Of a DNA stretch of 64,000 bases, positions 1 to 9,628 are shown one piece after another. Position numbers and translations under genes: made by a program. Under the pieces are notes generated by a model. That model was not told where the DNA came from. It searched no databases and worked only from the letters and a program-made list of their open reading frames with translations. The first letter of the stretch is position 1; every line of letters begins with the position of its first letter. The DNA is taken from NCBI GenBank assembly GCA_963770895.1, contig CAVYRF010000001.1:1952001-2016000 (forward strand). Direction: 5' to 3'. Origin of the DNA: an uncultured Acidobacteriota bacterium. Its GTDB lineage: Bacteria > Acidobacteriota > Thermoanaerobaculia > Multivoradales > UBA5704.

Positions 1-1491
1 CGGGATGCCGCGGCGGCGCACCAGGCGCGGCAGGCTGGCCGCCAGGCCGCCCAGGTGATGGACGTGCACCAGCTGGGGGCGCGTCTCATCCAGCAGGCGC
101 ATCAGCTCCAGCTCGACCGGCCGGCTGGACAGGGCGTTGCGCGAGCGCGGATCGCGCTCGTCGAAGTTGCGCACCAGCAGGCGCACGCGCGCGCCGGCGT
201 CGAGCAGCTCCACGGCGTCCCCCAGGCCGCGGGCGGGGTCGGCGATGCGGCTCAGCACGGTGACGTCGCGGTGGGCGGCCTGGCGGCGCACCAGCCAGGC
301 GGCGTACAGCTCGGTGCCGGCATGATTCCACGGCGGCCAGCCGTGCACGATGTGCAGCACCCGCTGGGGGCCGCCGGCCCGCCGCCCGCCGCCGCCGGTG
401 CCGCTGGTTCCCAATCCACCGCTGCTGCCGCGGGTGATGCCGGTGCCGCTGCCATCGCCCCTTCCCGCGCCGTCGGCTTCGCCGCCGTCGCGCGTTCGGC
501 CCGGCGGCAGGAGCGCCGCGATCACGCGCTCGCGCAGCGGCCGCAACGCGTCGTCGTGCAGGAAGCGGGCGACGGTGCGGACGTATTCGGGGTGGAGCCG
601 GGCCAGGCTGCGATGGGCGGCGGCGACGCGGCGGCGGCGCGAGGTGCCGAAGCTGCGGTGCCCTTCGTGGAAGATGAACGTGGCGTCGTCCAGGACGTGG
701 GCATAGCCGGCTTTGAGCGCCCGCATGCAGAATTCACTCTCTTCGCCGTATCCCAGACCGAAGCTGGCGCTGTCGAACGGCCCCAGCGCGGCCAGCGCCT
801 TGCGCTTGATGTACAGGCAGACGCCGACGCCGGTCGGCAGGCGCGGATAGACGCGCTGCGAGCGCTCTTCGACCAGGCGCGCGAAGCGTTCCAGGTCCCA
901 CCCCGCGGGCAGCGCGTTGGACTCCAGGAAGCGCGGCAGCGAGCAGATGGTGGCGCTGTTGGAAAAGGGGGTGACGGTGGCGATCTCGGGCGCCGACCAG
1001 GCGGCTCGCTGCAGCTTTTCCAACCAGCCCGCGGTGACCTGGGTGTCGCTGTTGAGCAGCACCACGTCGTTGCCGCTCGCCGCCATCCCCAGGTTGACCG
1101 CCGCCACGAAGCCCGCCCGCTCCGCTTGCCGCAGCACGACGACTCCTGCCGCAGCCGTCGCGGTCGTCGCGGCCGTCGCGCCGGCCCCGCCGGGCGTCAG
1201 CTCGCCGCAGATCTCGGCCACCCGCTCCGCGACCGCGCCGGGCTGCGGCCCGTCGAGCACCAACACCAGCCGGTGGCGCGTCAGGTCGGTGTGAGCGGCG
1301 AGCGACCGCAGGCAGCGCCCCAACGCCTCGGCGGCGCCATAGACCGGCACGATGACGTCGATCGCCCCCGGCGCCCCGTCGGCGCCCACGCGCGCCGCAT
1401 CGCCCGCGAGCGGCAGCGCCTCCGCCCGCGGCACCAGGCGCCTTAGCAAGAGCCGCATCGGAGCCTGGCGGTCGGAAAGGGCGGCGCGCAT
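1..1491 (-). CDS. Glycosyltransferase, GT2 domain followed by a GT4-like N-terminal domain; 3' end lies outside the window
   Basis: Manual translation (absent from ORF track because it runs off the edge): IDVIVPVYGA, GFVAAVNLG, DVVLLNSDT, FGLGYGEESEFCMRA, then RVLHIVHGWPPWNHAGTELY and PQLVHVHHL. Start is ATG 1491 or 1458. Confidence 0.85.
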   Translation of the reverse strand, partial: MRAALSDRQAPMRLLLRRLVPRAEALPLAGDAARVGADGAPGAIDVIVPVYGAAEALGRCLRSLAAHTDLTRHRLVLVLDGPQPGAVAERVAEICGELTPGGAGATAATTATAAAGVVVLRQAERAGFVAAVNLGMAASGNDVVLLNSDTQVTAGWLEKLQRAAWSAPEIATVTPFSNSATICSLPRFLESNALPAGWDLERFARLVEERSQRVYPRLPTGVGVCLYIKRKALAALGPFDSASFGLGYGEESEFCMRALKAGYAHVLDDATFIFHEGHRSFGTSRRRRVAAAHRSLARLHPEYVRTVARFLHDDALRPLRERVIAALLPPGRTRDGGEADGAGRGDGSGTGITRGSSGGLGTSGTGGGGRRAGGPQRVLHIVHGWPPWNHAGTELYAAWLVRRQAAHRDVTVLSRIADPARGLGDAVELLDAGARVRLLVRNFDERDPRSRNALSSRPVELELMRLLDETRPQLVHVHHLGGLAASLPRLVRRRGIP

Positions 1492-1614
1492 CGGCAAAAT
1501 ACCGCCGGCAAGCTATCACGCCCGCCGCCGCCGCCGTCGCCGCCGCCTAGCGTCCTGACTCAGTGTTCGTCGTGGGTGCGGCGCCCCGCACCTTGACCAC
1601 GGGCGAGCCCGGGC

Positions 1615-1788
1615 TCAGCCGCAGGCGACCCGGCAAGTGATGTAGGGGCAGGTCTGGAAGGTGTTGCACTGAGCGGTGCACGGGTCGGCGCCGGTGATGA
1701 AGCCCGCTGCTGCATCTTTCAGGCCCGGCCGGCTGAGATTCGCCAGGGTTTCGCGGTTGAGATGGAGCGTCTGCATCTGCTTCTTCAT
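1615..1788 (-). CDS. 57-aa RiPP (lanthipeptide-like) precursor peptide
   Basis: GGAGG RBS, then MKKQMQTLHLNRETLANLSRPGLKDAAAG-FITGADPCTAQCNTFQTCPYITCRVACG. LxLxRx5L leader; core has 5 Cys and 5 Thr. Confidence 0.8.
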   Translation of the reverse strand: MKKQMQTLHLNRETLANLSRPGLKDAAAGFITGADPCTAQCNTFQTCPYITCRVACG

Positions 1789-1946
1789 GGATGCCTCCGA
1801 GTCGACCGGTGCGTAGGTGCTGTCCGGTGTGCAGGGTCCTATGGATTGGACAGCCGCTCGCTCTGGTGCCGCAATCCCTTACACAAGGCAGTGCTCCGAT
1901 CGGAACCGCCGTGGACAGGAGACGGGGGCCGGCCGGCGCCGCCGCA

Positions 1947-2666
1947 TCAGACCGGAATCTCGAAGCGATAGCCGACGCCGGGCTCGGTGACGATGAGGCG
2001 CGGGTGCAGGACGTCGGTCTCGATCTTGCGGCGCAGGTTGGCCAGGTGGACCTGCAGGGGGTGCTGGCCGGCGGACGCCTGGCCGGCGCCGCGGATGGCG
2101 GCCAGCAGCTGGGCGTGGTTCAGGGTGCGTCCAGGGTGCAGCACCAGGGCACGCAGCAGGCTCCATTCGACGGGGGTGAGGTGCACCGGGACGCTCTGTT
2201 TCTTGAGCGTGCGGGCGTCCAGGTCCAGCTCCAGGTCGCCGATGGCCAAGGGCTCGGCGTGCGGCGGCGGCGGCAGGGTGCGCGTCCGGCGCAGGCAGGC
2301 ATGCAGGCGCGCGATCAGCTCGATGGTGCTGAAGGGCTTGGTGATGAAGTCGTCGGCGGCGGCTTCCAGCAGCTCCACCTTGTCGTGTTCCGAATGGCGC
2401 GCCGACAGCACCACGATCGGCGCCTGCGACCAGCGGCGGAGCGCCTGGCAGACTTCCAGGCCGGCGGCGTCGGGCAGGCCCAGGTCCAGGATGATCAGCT
2501 CGGGCTGGCGCGCCGCGGCCAGGTCGATCCCTTCGCGGGCGGTGCCTGCCTCCAGCACCTTGAACTCCGGCGCCAGCGCGCGCCGCAGGGCGCGTCGGAT
2601 CGGCACCTCGTCGTCGATGACCAGGATCGTGGCCGGCCGCCCACCGGGCGCCGGGCCGGGCTTCAG
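1947..2666 (-). CDS. OmpR/KdpE-family response regulator, probable CTG start
   Basis: ILVIDDE, LIILDLGLPD, ADDFITKPF, winged helix HLTPVEWSLL...LIVTEPGVGYRF. No ATG/GTG/TTG found near the receiver start. Confidence 0.85.
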   Translation of the reverse strand: MKPGPAPGGRPATILVIDDEVPIRRALRRALAPEFKVLEAGTAREGIDLAAARQPELIILDLGLPDAAGLEVCQALRRWSQAPIVVLSARHSEHDKVELLEAAADDFITKPFSTIELIARLHACLRRTRTLPPPPHAEPLAIGDLELDLDARTLKKQSVPVHLTPVEWSLLRALVLHPGRTLNHAQLLAAIRGAGQASAGQHPLQVHLANLRRKIETDVLHPRLIVTEPGVGYRFEIPV

Positions 2667-5600
2667 GCGGCCTCCAGGGAGGCGTCCTCGCTCCGGGCGG
2701 CGACGGCGCGCGCCTGCCGCGCCTCGACCCAGCGCCAGGCGATGACGCGCAGCGGCGGTTGCAGCAGCCGGGTGAGGATGGCCAGCTGCAAGGAGCCGCC
2801 GATGACGACGATGGCCAGCGGCCGCTGGGTCTGCGCGCCGATGCCGTGCGACAGCGCGGCGGGGAGCAGCCCCAGGGTGGCGACCAGGGTGGTCATCAGC
2901 ACCGGCCGGAACCGCTTGGCGGCCGCCTGCCGCGCCGCCTCTTCGTTGGACACGCCGCTCGCGTGCAGCTGCTGGGCGTAGCTGATCATCAGCAGGGCGT
3001 CCTGCACCGCGATGCCGAAGATCGAGATGAACCCCATGGCCGCCGACACCGACAGCGGCTCGCCGGCGATGAGCAGCGCCAGCAGCCCCCCGGTCACCGC
3101 GACGGGGATGCTGATCAGCACCAGCGCCGTGTCGATCCAGTTGCGCACGCTCGAATAGACCAGCAGCGCGACCAGCAGCACGGTGATCGGCACGATCAGC
3201 TTCAGGCGCTCCTCGGCGTCGTGCAGCTCGTTGACCTCGCCGGCCCAGGCCAGGTTGATGTCGGGCGACAGCGGCACCTGCCGGGCGATGCGGCGCTGCG
3301 CCTCGGCGATCGTCCCCGCCAGGTCCCTGCCGCGCACCGAGAACTTGACCGGCGTGTAGCGCCGGCCGTCTTCGCGATAGACCACGGTGGCGCCGTCCTC
3401 GGTCGAGACGCTGGCCACCTCGCCCAAGGGGATCTGGCTGCCATCGGGCGTCGCCACGGTGATGCGCTTGAGCGCGGCGATGCTGCCGCGGTCCTGCTCG
3501 CGCCAGCGGACGACCAGGTTGAAGCTCTTTTCGCCCTCGTAGACCTGGGTGACGGCCTGGCCGCCGATCGCCGCCTGCACCACCGCCGCGACGTCGCCGG
3601 TGTTGAGGCCGTAGCGCTCGCACTGCACGCGGTCGGGCACGATGCGGATGCTGGGCTGGCCGAGGCTGCGAAACACTCCCGGCTCGGCGATGCCGCGGAC
3701 CCCGGCCATCACGCCCTGGATCGCATCGGCGGCGCGGTCGTTGTCGGCGAGGTCGGGGCCGATCACCTTGACGCTGTTCTCTCCCTTGACCCCCGACAGC
3801 GCCTCTTCCACGTTGTCTGAGATGTATTGCGAGAAGTTGAAGATGGCGCCCGGAAACTCGGCGGCGAACTGGCGCGCCAGCTGGGCGGTGAGCTTCTCCT
3901 TGGTCAGCCCGCGCGGCCACTCGCCGAACGGCTGGAGCGGCGCGAACAGCTCGATGTTGGAAAAGCCCGCCACGTCGGTGCCGTCGTCGGGTCTGCCGAG
4001 CTGCGACACCACGGTCAGGACCTCAGGGTGGCTGAGCAGGATCTGCCGCAGGCGGGGCACCTGCTGCATCGACTCTTCGAGCGACACGGAAGTGGGCAGG
4101 GTGGCGCGGATCCAGAAGTTGCCCTCTTCCAGCTTGGGCATGAACTCCTTGCCCAGCAGCGGCCACAGCGCGACGCAGGCGACGACCGGAATCAAGCACA
4201 GCGCGACCGCCGCCCGCGGGCGCCGCAGCGCCGCCTCGAACAGCGGGTCGTAGACGCGGTGGAGCAGGTGCATCAACGCGTGCTGTTCGTCGTGGTCGCG
4301 CACCGACAGCACGCGCGAGCTCGCCGCCGGCGTCAGCAGCAGCGCCAGCAGGATGGCGCCGCCGATGGCGAAGGCGTAGGTGTGGGCCATAGGGCGGAAG
4401 ATCTGGCCGGCCACCCCGGTCAGCGTGAACAGAGGCAGGAACGCCACCGCGATGATCAGGGTGGAGAAGCCCATCGGCCTGCCGACCTCGACGGCGGCGT
4501 CCAGGATGTGGCCATCCATGGTGCGCCTGTCGTCGTCGCGCCCGCGCAGCTGGCGGAACACATTTTCCATCATGATGACGGTCGAATCGACGACGATGCC
4601 GAAGTCGACCGCGCCCAGCGAGATCAGGTTGGCGGGGGTGCCCAAAAGCACCATGCCGATGAAGGCGCAGAGCAGGGCCAACGGGATGTTGAGCGCGGTC
4701 AGCAGCGCGGCGCGCAGGTTGGCCAGAAAGAAGATCAGCACCAGCGTCACCAGCGCCATGCCGATGAGCAGGTTTTCGAGCACCGTGTGGGTCGTCACGC
4801 CGACCAGCGCGCCGCGGTCGTAGTAGGGCGCGATCTCCATGCCCGGCGGCAGCAGGTGCTCGCGGCGGATGATGCGCAGCCGCTCCTTCACGCCCCTGAG
4901 CGTGGCGTCGGTCTGGCCGCCGTAGCGCATCAGGACGACGCCTTCGACCACCTCGTCGGCGGCGTCCTTGCCGACCTGGCCCAGGCGCGGCGCGTGCCCC
5001 AGCTCGACCGCCGCGACGTCGCGCACCCGCACCGCCACGCCCTTCTGCTCCAGGACCACGACGTCCTCGATGTTCTTGAGCGAGCTGATCAGGCCGATGC
5101 CGCGGATGGTGAACGCCTGGGCGCCGAGGGTGAGGCGCTGGCCGCCGACGTTCTGGTTGGCGTTGGCGATGGCGGCTTCGACCTGCGCCAGCGTCACGCC
5201 GCGGGCGCGCAGCAGGAAGGGGTTGACGTCGACGTGGTACTCCTTGGCCAGGCCGCCGAAGCTGGTCACGTCGATGACGCCCGGCACCTGCTTCCACTGC
5301 CGCTCCAGGATCCAGTCCTGGGCGGTCTTGAGGTCGGTCAGCGAGTAACCCTTGCCGCGCAGCGTATAGCGGTAGATCTCGCCGATCGCGTTCCACGGCG
5401 ACAGCGAGGCCTGGATGCCGCTCGGCAGCTGCACGAACTGCAGCCGGTTGATCACCTCCTGGCGAGCGCGCTCGTAGTCGGTGCCCCACTTGAAGTAGCA
5501 CTTCACATCCGCCAGCCCGAACAGCGACTGCGAACGCACGTGGTCGAGCCCCGCCATGCCGGCCAGCCCGGCCTCGAGCGGGATGGTGACGTAGCGCTCG

Positions 5601-5782
5601 GTCTCCTCGGCGCTCCAGCCGGGGGGCTGCGCGATCACCTCGACGAGCGGCGGGCAGGGGTTGGGATAGGCCTCGACCGGCAGCTTTTTCCAGGCGTACA
5701 GGCCGCACGCCGCCAGCACCACCGCGGCGGCGACCACCAGGTTGCGATTGCGCAATGCGAACGCGACCAGCCGCCGGATCAT
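2663..5782 (-). CDS. CusA/CzcA-family heavy-metal-type RND efflux permease
   Basis: MIRRLVAFALRNR start; ANLISLGAVDFGIVVDSTVIMMEN, EFMPKLEEG, RFRPVLMTTLVATLGLLP, TQRPLAIVVIGG; about 1039 aa. Confidence 0.93.
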   Translation of the reverse strand: MIRRLVAFALRNRNLVVAAAVVLAACGLYAWKKLPVEAYPNPCPPLVEVIAQPPGWSAEETERYVTIPLEAGLAGMAGLDHVRSQSLFGLADVKCYFKWGTDYERARQEVINRLQFVQLPSGIQASLSPWNAIGEIYRYTLRGKGYSLTDLKTAQDWILERQWKQVPGVIDVTSFGGLAKEYHVDVNPFLLRARGVTLAQVEAAIANANQNVGGQRLTLGAQAFTIRGIGLISSLKNIEDVVVLEQKGVAVRVRDVAAVELGHAPRLGQVGKDAADEVVEGVVLMRYGGQTDATLRGVKERLRIIRREHLLPPGMEIAPYYDRGALVGVTTHTVLENLLIGMALVTLVLIFFLANLRAALLTALNIPLALLCAFIGMVLLGTPANLISLGAVDFGIVVDSTVIMMENVFRQLRGRDDDRRTMDGHILDAAVEVGRPMGFSTLIIAVAFLPLFTLTGVAGQIFRPMAHTYAFAIGGAILLALLLTPAASSRVLSVRDHDEQHALMHLLHRVYDPLFEAALRRPRAAVALCLIPVVACVALWPLLGKEFMPKLEEGNFWIRATLPTSVSLEESMQQVPRLRQILLSHPEVLTVVSQLGRPDDGTDVAGFSNIELFAPLQPFGEWPRGLTKEKLTAQLARQFAAEFPGAIFNFSQYISDNVEEALSGVKGENSVKVIGPDLADNDRAADAIQGVMAGVRGIAEPGVFRSLGQPSIRIVPDRVQCERYGLNTGDVAAVVQAAIGGQAVTQVYEGEKSFNLVVRWREQDRGSIAALKRITVATPDGSQIPLGEVASVSTEDGATVVYREDGRRYTPVKFSVRGRDLAGTIAEAQRRIARQVPLSPDINLAWAGEVNELHDAEERLKLIVPITVLLVALLVYSSVRNWIDTALVLISIPVAVTGGLLALLIAGEPLSVSAAMGFISIFGIAVQDALLMISYAQQLHASGVSNEEAARQAAAKRFRPVLMTTLVATLGLLPAALSHGIGAQTQRPLAIVVIGGSLQLAILTRLLQPPLRVIAWRWVEARQARAVAARSEDASLEAA

Positions 5783-8151
5783 CAGAGCAGTCCCAGCAGG
5801 AAGATGGCGCCGTGCGACGCCACGCGGTCGCCGGGCGCCAGGCCGGTCAGGATCGGCACGCGGCTGCCCGCCAGCTCCTCGCGCGCCACGACGGCGCGGC
5901 GGCGGAAGACGACGCGGCCGTCCGGCGTCGCGCCGCCGGCGACGAAGACGACAGTCTGCTCGCCCTGCCGCAGCAGCGCTTCGCGCGGCACCGTCGGGGT
6001 GCGCCGCGAGGGCGCCGCCAGGCGCGCCATGCCGTACATCTCGGGGGCGAGCAGATGGCCGGGGTTCTGCAGCACGCAGCGCACCCTGGCCGTGCGCGCC
6101 ACCGGGTCCAGGACGTCCGAGATCCAGTCGACGGTGCCGTGGAACTCCCGGCCGGGCCACGCCGCCACCTGCAGCGCCACCGGGTCGCCGACCTTGACGT
6201 GCGGCAGGTCCATCTCGAAGACGTCGCCCAGCAGCCATAGCTCGCCCGCGTCGCCGATGGTGAACAGCTCGACCACGTTGCCGCCGCCGCCGTACTGGCC
6301 CTGCACCTCGAGCCCCGGCGTCGCCAGCCGCGCCGTCACCAGGCCGGCGATCGGGCTGCGCAGGACGAACTGCTGCGACACCCCGGCATCGGCGGCATCG
6401 GCGGCAGCGGTGGCACCGGCAGCCGCGGCGGCACCGGCCGTCGCGCCGCCCTCCGCGGCCTGGGCGGCCGTCGCGCCGCCGGCGCGCAGCAGGCGCGTGC
6501 GCTGCCGGGCGCGGTCGTACTCGGCCCTGGCGCGCAGCAGGTTGTCCTCGGCCGCCTCCAGGTCGCGCTGCACGCCCACCTTGAGCGCCGCGAGCTCGCG
6601 CTGGCGGCGCGCCTCGTGCTCGGCGGCGTCCAGGTCGGCCCGAGCTTTGAGCGTGTCGGCGAAGGCGCTGCCCAGCTCCGGCGACTCGATGACGGCGAGC
6701 GGCGCCCCCCTGGCGACGAGCTGGCCCGGCGCCGCGATCACCTTGGTGATGCGGCCCCCGACCGGCGGAAAGACGTGCGCCACGCGCAGCTCGTCGAAGG
6801 CCAGCCGGCCGCCGATGTCGAGCAGGTCGTCGACCGGCTGGAGCTCGACCGGCGCGATCGCCACCCTGCCGCTGCGCACCTGCTCGCCGCTGACCTCGAC
6901 TTCGCGCTCGGCGGCGCTCGGCGGCGACGCCGCCAGCTGGGCGTCCTCCACCAGCACGCGTTCGCCGTCGGACAAACCGCCCAGCACCTGCACCTGGTCG
7001 CTCGGCGGCACGAGCGGCAGCAGCGCCTGGCTTGCCGCGGCCGGCTGCTGGCGCGACACCGCCCCCGCCGCCGTGGGCGTCTCGATCTTGCGGCGCCGGA
7101 ACACCACCCTGCCGTCGGGCCGCCGCCCGGCCAGCACCCAGGCGAACGATTGATCGCGGATGCGCGCCACCGCCGCGCGCGGCACGGCGAGGGCGCGCAG
7201 CGCCGGCCGCTCGATCGCCACGGCGGCGAACATCTGCGGCTTGAGCAGCCCCGCGGGATTGCGCAGCGCGCACCGCACGCGCGCCGTGCGCAGCGCCGGG
7301 TCGAGCGCCGGCGACACCCAATCGATCTGCCCGGTGAAGACGCGATCGGGCCACGCCAGGACGCGCGCCGCGACGGCCGCGCCCGGCCGCACCGCCGGCA
7401 GGTCCGCCTCGGCGACGTCGGCGTACAGCCACACCGTGTCGATGCTGCCGATGGTGAACAGCTCGACCGCGGTGCCGCCCGAGAACTGCCCCGCGATCTC
7501 GACGCCAGGGTTGACCGAGCGCGCGATGACCCGCCCGGCGATCTGGCTGGTGAGCTGATACGCCTGGGTCACCGCGTCCACCCTGCCGCGCTGCAGCAAG
7601 GTGATGCGCTGCCGCGCCCGCTCCTCCTCGGCCTTGGCGCGCAGATAGGTATCCTGAGCGCTCTCGTAGTCGCGCTCGGCGGCGGCGTTGACCGCCAGCA
7701 GCTTTTTCTGCCGCACCCCGTCGTGCTCGGCGGCCGCCAGGTCGGCGCGCGCCTTCACTTCGTCGGACAGCGCGCTGCCGACGTCGGGCGAAACGATCTC
7801 GGCGAGCGGCGTGCCGCGCGCGACCTGCTGGCCGAGCCGCACCAGGATGCGCGTCACGCGGCCGGACACCGGCGAGAACACGTGCGTCACGCGCGCATCG
7901 TCGAAGTCGATGCGCCCGCCCAGGATCAGCGCCTGCGGCAGCTCCGTGGTGCGCGCCGGGGCGACGTGCGCGGTACCCTGGGCCAGCCGCTCGGGGGCGA
8001 TCCACAGCTGGTCGTCCGGCGGTGTCAGCGTCGGCGACCGCGTCGCGGCCGTCTGCTGGCTGCGCGCGGCGATGCCCATCGCCGCGCCGGCGACGCCGGC
8101 GGTCAGCGCGGAGGCGGTGAGAAGTACGACGCTCCATCGTTTGCGGCGCAT
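5782..8151 (-). CDS. RND membrane-fusion protein (CzcB/CusB-like) with two complete MFP units in tandem
   Basis: MRRKRWSVVLL N-terminal anchor; duplicated motifs FDDARVTHVFSPVSGRV / FDELRVAHVFPPVGGRI, ELFTIG twice, GRVVFRRR twice. Confidence 0.88.
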   Translation of the reverse strand: MRRKRWSVVLLTASALTAGVAGAAMGIAARSQQTAATRSPTLTPPDDQLWIAPERLAQGTAHVAPARTTELPQALILGGRIDFDDARVTHVFSPVSGRVTRILVRLGQQVARGTPLAEIVSPDVGSALSDEVKARADLAAAEHDGVRQKKLLAVNAAAERDYESAQDTYLRAKAEEERARQRITLLQRGRVDAVTQAYQLTSQIAGRVIARSVNPGVEIAGQFSGGTAVELFTIGSIDTVWLYADVAEADLPAVRPGAAVAARVLAWPDRVFTGQIDWVSPALDPALRTARVRCALRNPAGLLKPQMFAAVAIERPALRALAVPRAAVARIRDQSFAWVLAGRRPDGRVVFRRRKIETPTAAGAVSRQQPAAASQALLPLVPPSDQVQVLGGLSDGERVLVEDAQLAASPPSAAEREVEVSGEQVRSGRVAIAPVELQPVDDLLDIGGRLAFDELRVAHVFPPVGGRITKVIAAPGQLVARGAPLAVIESPELGSAFADTLKARADLDAAEHEARRQRELAALKVGVQRDLEAAEDNLLRARAEYDRARQRTRLLRAGGATAAQAAEGGATAGAAAAAGATAAADAADAGVSQQFVLRSPIAGLVTARLATPGLEVQGQYGGGGNVVELFTIGDAGELWLLGDVFEMDLPHVKVGDPVALQVAAWPGREFHGTVDWISDVLDPVARTARVRCVLQNPGHLLAPEMYGMARLAAPSRRTPTVPREALLRQGEQTVVFVAGGATPDGRVVFRRRAVVAREELAGSRVPILTGLAPGDRVASHGAIFLLGLL

Positions 8152-8155
8152 GGCG

Positions 8156-9493
8156 TCACTCCGAAAGCGGGAAGGGGCTGGCTTCGCCCGTGGCCTGGCG
8201 CAGCTGCGCCACCGCCGTCCAGTAGTTGGCGAGGTCCTGGCGGCGCTCGACGTTGGTGGCGACCCAGGTGCGTTCGGCGTCCAGGAAGTCGAGCAGGCTG
8301 GCGGCGCCCTTTTCGTAGAGGATCTTTTCGGCGTCGCGCGCCGTCCTGGCATCGGCGAGCAGCTCCGCGTCCATGCGCTCGATCTGCCGCCGCGCGGCAG
8401 CCAGACCGGCGATGGCGGTCAGCAGGTCGGCGGCCACCTGGGTGTGCGCCTTGTCCTCCAGAGCCTGGGCGGCGGCCAGGTTGGCTTCGGCGCGCCGGAT
8501 CTCCCCCTGCTGGCGATCGAAGATCGGCAGCGGCAGCGACAGGCCGAAGGTGTAGTCGGGCGGCGACACCACGGTGGGCGGGCTGCTCGCCAGGTTGACC
8601 TGGGCGCTGTAGCCGGCCTGCAGCGTCAGGTCGGGCAGGCGCAGGCGGCGCGCCAGGGCCAGCGCCCGCTCCGCCTGCTCGCGGTTCGCCACCGCGGCGC
8701 GCAGGTCCGGGCGCTGCCCGGCGGCCGCGGCCAGCAGGGCCGGCAGGTCCTGGTCGCGGGGGTCGGGCGCCGCGGCAGCGCGGTAGGACAGGTCACCTTG
8801 CGGCGCCAGCGGCACGGCCGGGTCGCGGCGGCCCAGAAAGACCAGCAGGGCGGCGCGCTCCTGGTCGGTGGCGGCCCGCGCCTGCTCGACCGCCTGCTCG
8901 GCCTCGCCCTTTGCCGTCGCCACGCGCGCCACGTCGGCGACGCCGATGGCGCCCAGCTGGTAGCGCGCCTGGTTGAGCTTGAGGGTGTCCTGGTAGGTGG
9001 CCAGGACCTCTTCGGCGAAGCGCAGGTTGTCGCGCGCCAGGAGCGCGCCGATGAAAGCCGACTCCAGCTGGAAGCGCAGGTTGCGCAGCGCGTCGTCCTT
9101 GCCGGCGCGCGCCGCGCGCAGCGCCGCGGCCGCCACGTCGCGGCGCAGCAGCTTCTTGCCCGACAGCAGATCGGACAGGGCGGCGTTGTCGCTCACCCCC
9201 AGGTTGTAGCCGGGCGTGGTGGCGAACTGCGCCCGCGGCACCGCCTGGGCGTAGAGCGCACCGCCCGAAAGCGTCGGATTGGGCGAGGCGGATTGCGCCA
9301 CCAGGTCGCCTTCGGCGCCCAGCGCCGCGGCCTGGGCGACCAGCACGTCGAAGCCCCGTTCGGCCAGCAGGCGCTCGGCCTGCTGCAAGGTGATCGGATC
9401 GGCGGCGGGCGACGCGGCGGTGCCGCCGCCGCCGCCGGCGAGCAGGGCGTGCAGCGCCAGCAAGGCCAGCGCCGCCAGGGGAGCGTTCATCAC
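8156..9493 (-). CDS. TolC/CzcC-family outer-membrane efflux protein
   Basis: Signal peptide, RPDLRAA, LSLPLPIFDRQQGEI, YEKGAASLLDFLDAER; adjacent to MFP and RND genes. Confidence 0.9.
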   Translation of the reverse strand: MMNAPLAALALLALHALLAGGGGGTAASPAADPITLQQAERLLAERGFDVLVAQAAALGAEGDLVAQSASPNPTLSGGALYAQAVPRAQFATTPGYNLGVSDNAALSDLLSGKKLLRRDVAAAALRAARAGKDDALRNLRFQLESAFIGALLARDNLRFAEEVLATYQDTLKLNQARYQLGAIGVADVARVATAKGEAEQAVEQARAATDQERAALLVFLGRRDPAVPLAPQGDLSYRAAAAPDPRDQDLPALLAAAAGQRPDLRAAVANREQAERALALARRLRLPDLTLQAGYSAQVNLASSPPTVVSPPDYTFGLSLPLPIFDRQQGEIRRAEANLAAAQALEDKAHTQVAADLLTAIAGLAAARRQIERMDAELLADARTARDAEKILYEKGAASLLDFLDAERTWVATNVERRQDLANYWTAVAQLRQATGEASPFPLSE

Positions 9494-9628
9494 GCCGCCA
9501 GGCTAGCAAGCGGCCGTTCAACGATGCACAAGGGTTGGGGGTGGGGGGATCAAGAACTCACAAGATCTGCGCCCGGCGGCCCGGCGCCCGGCGGCCGCTG
9601 CGGGGCCGCCGATCGCCCGCATCGCGCA

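Noticed and set aside
1-1788. Glycocin-type pairing of the peptide with the downstream glycosyltransferase
   Set aside because: The enzyme looks like a GT2-GT4 surface-polysaccharide transferase; adjacency alone is insufficient.
2663-8137. 1824-aa ORF suggesting a giant RND fusion
   Set aside because: RND homology starts at ATG 5782; the upstream part is an alternative frame of the MFP gene. The same applies to the extended ORFs 9629-12385, 31511-33397 and 35688-38378.
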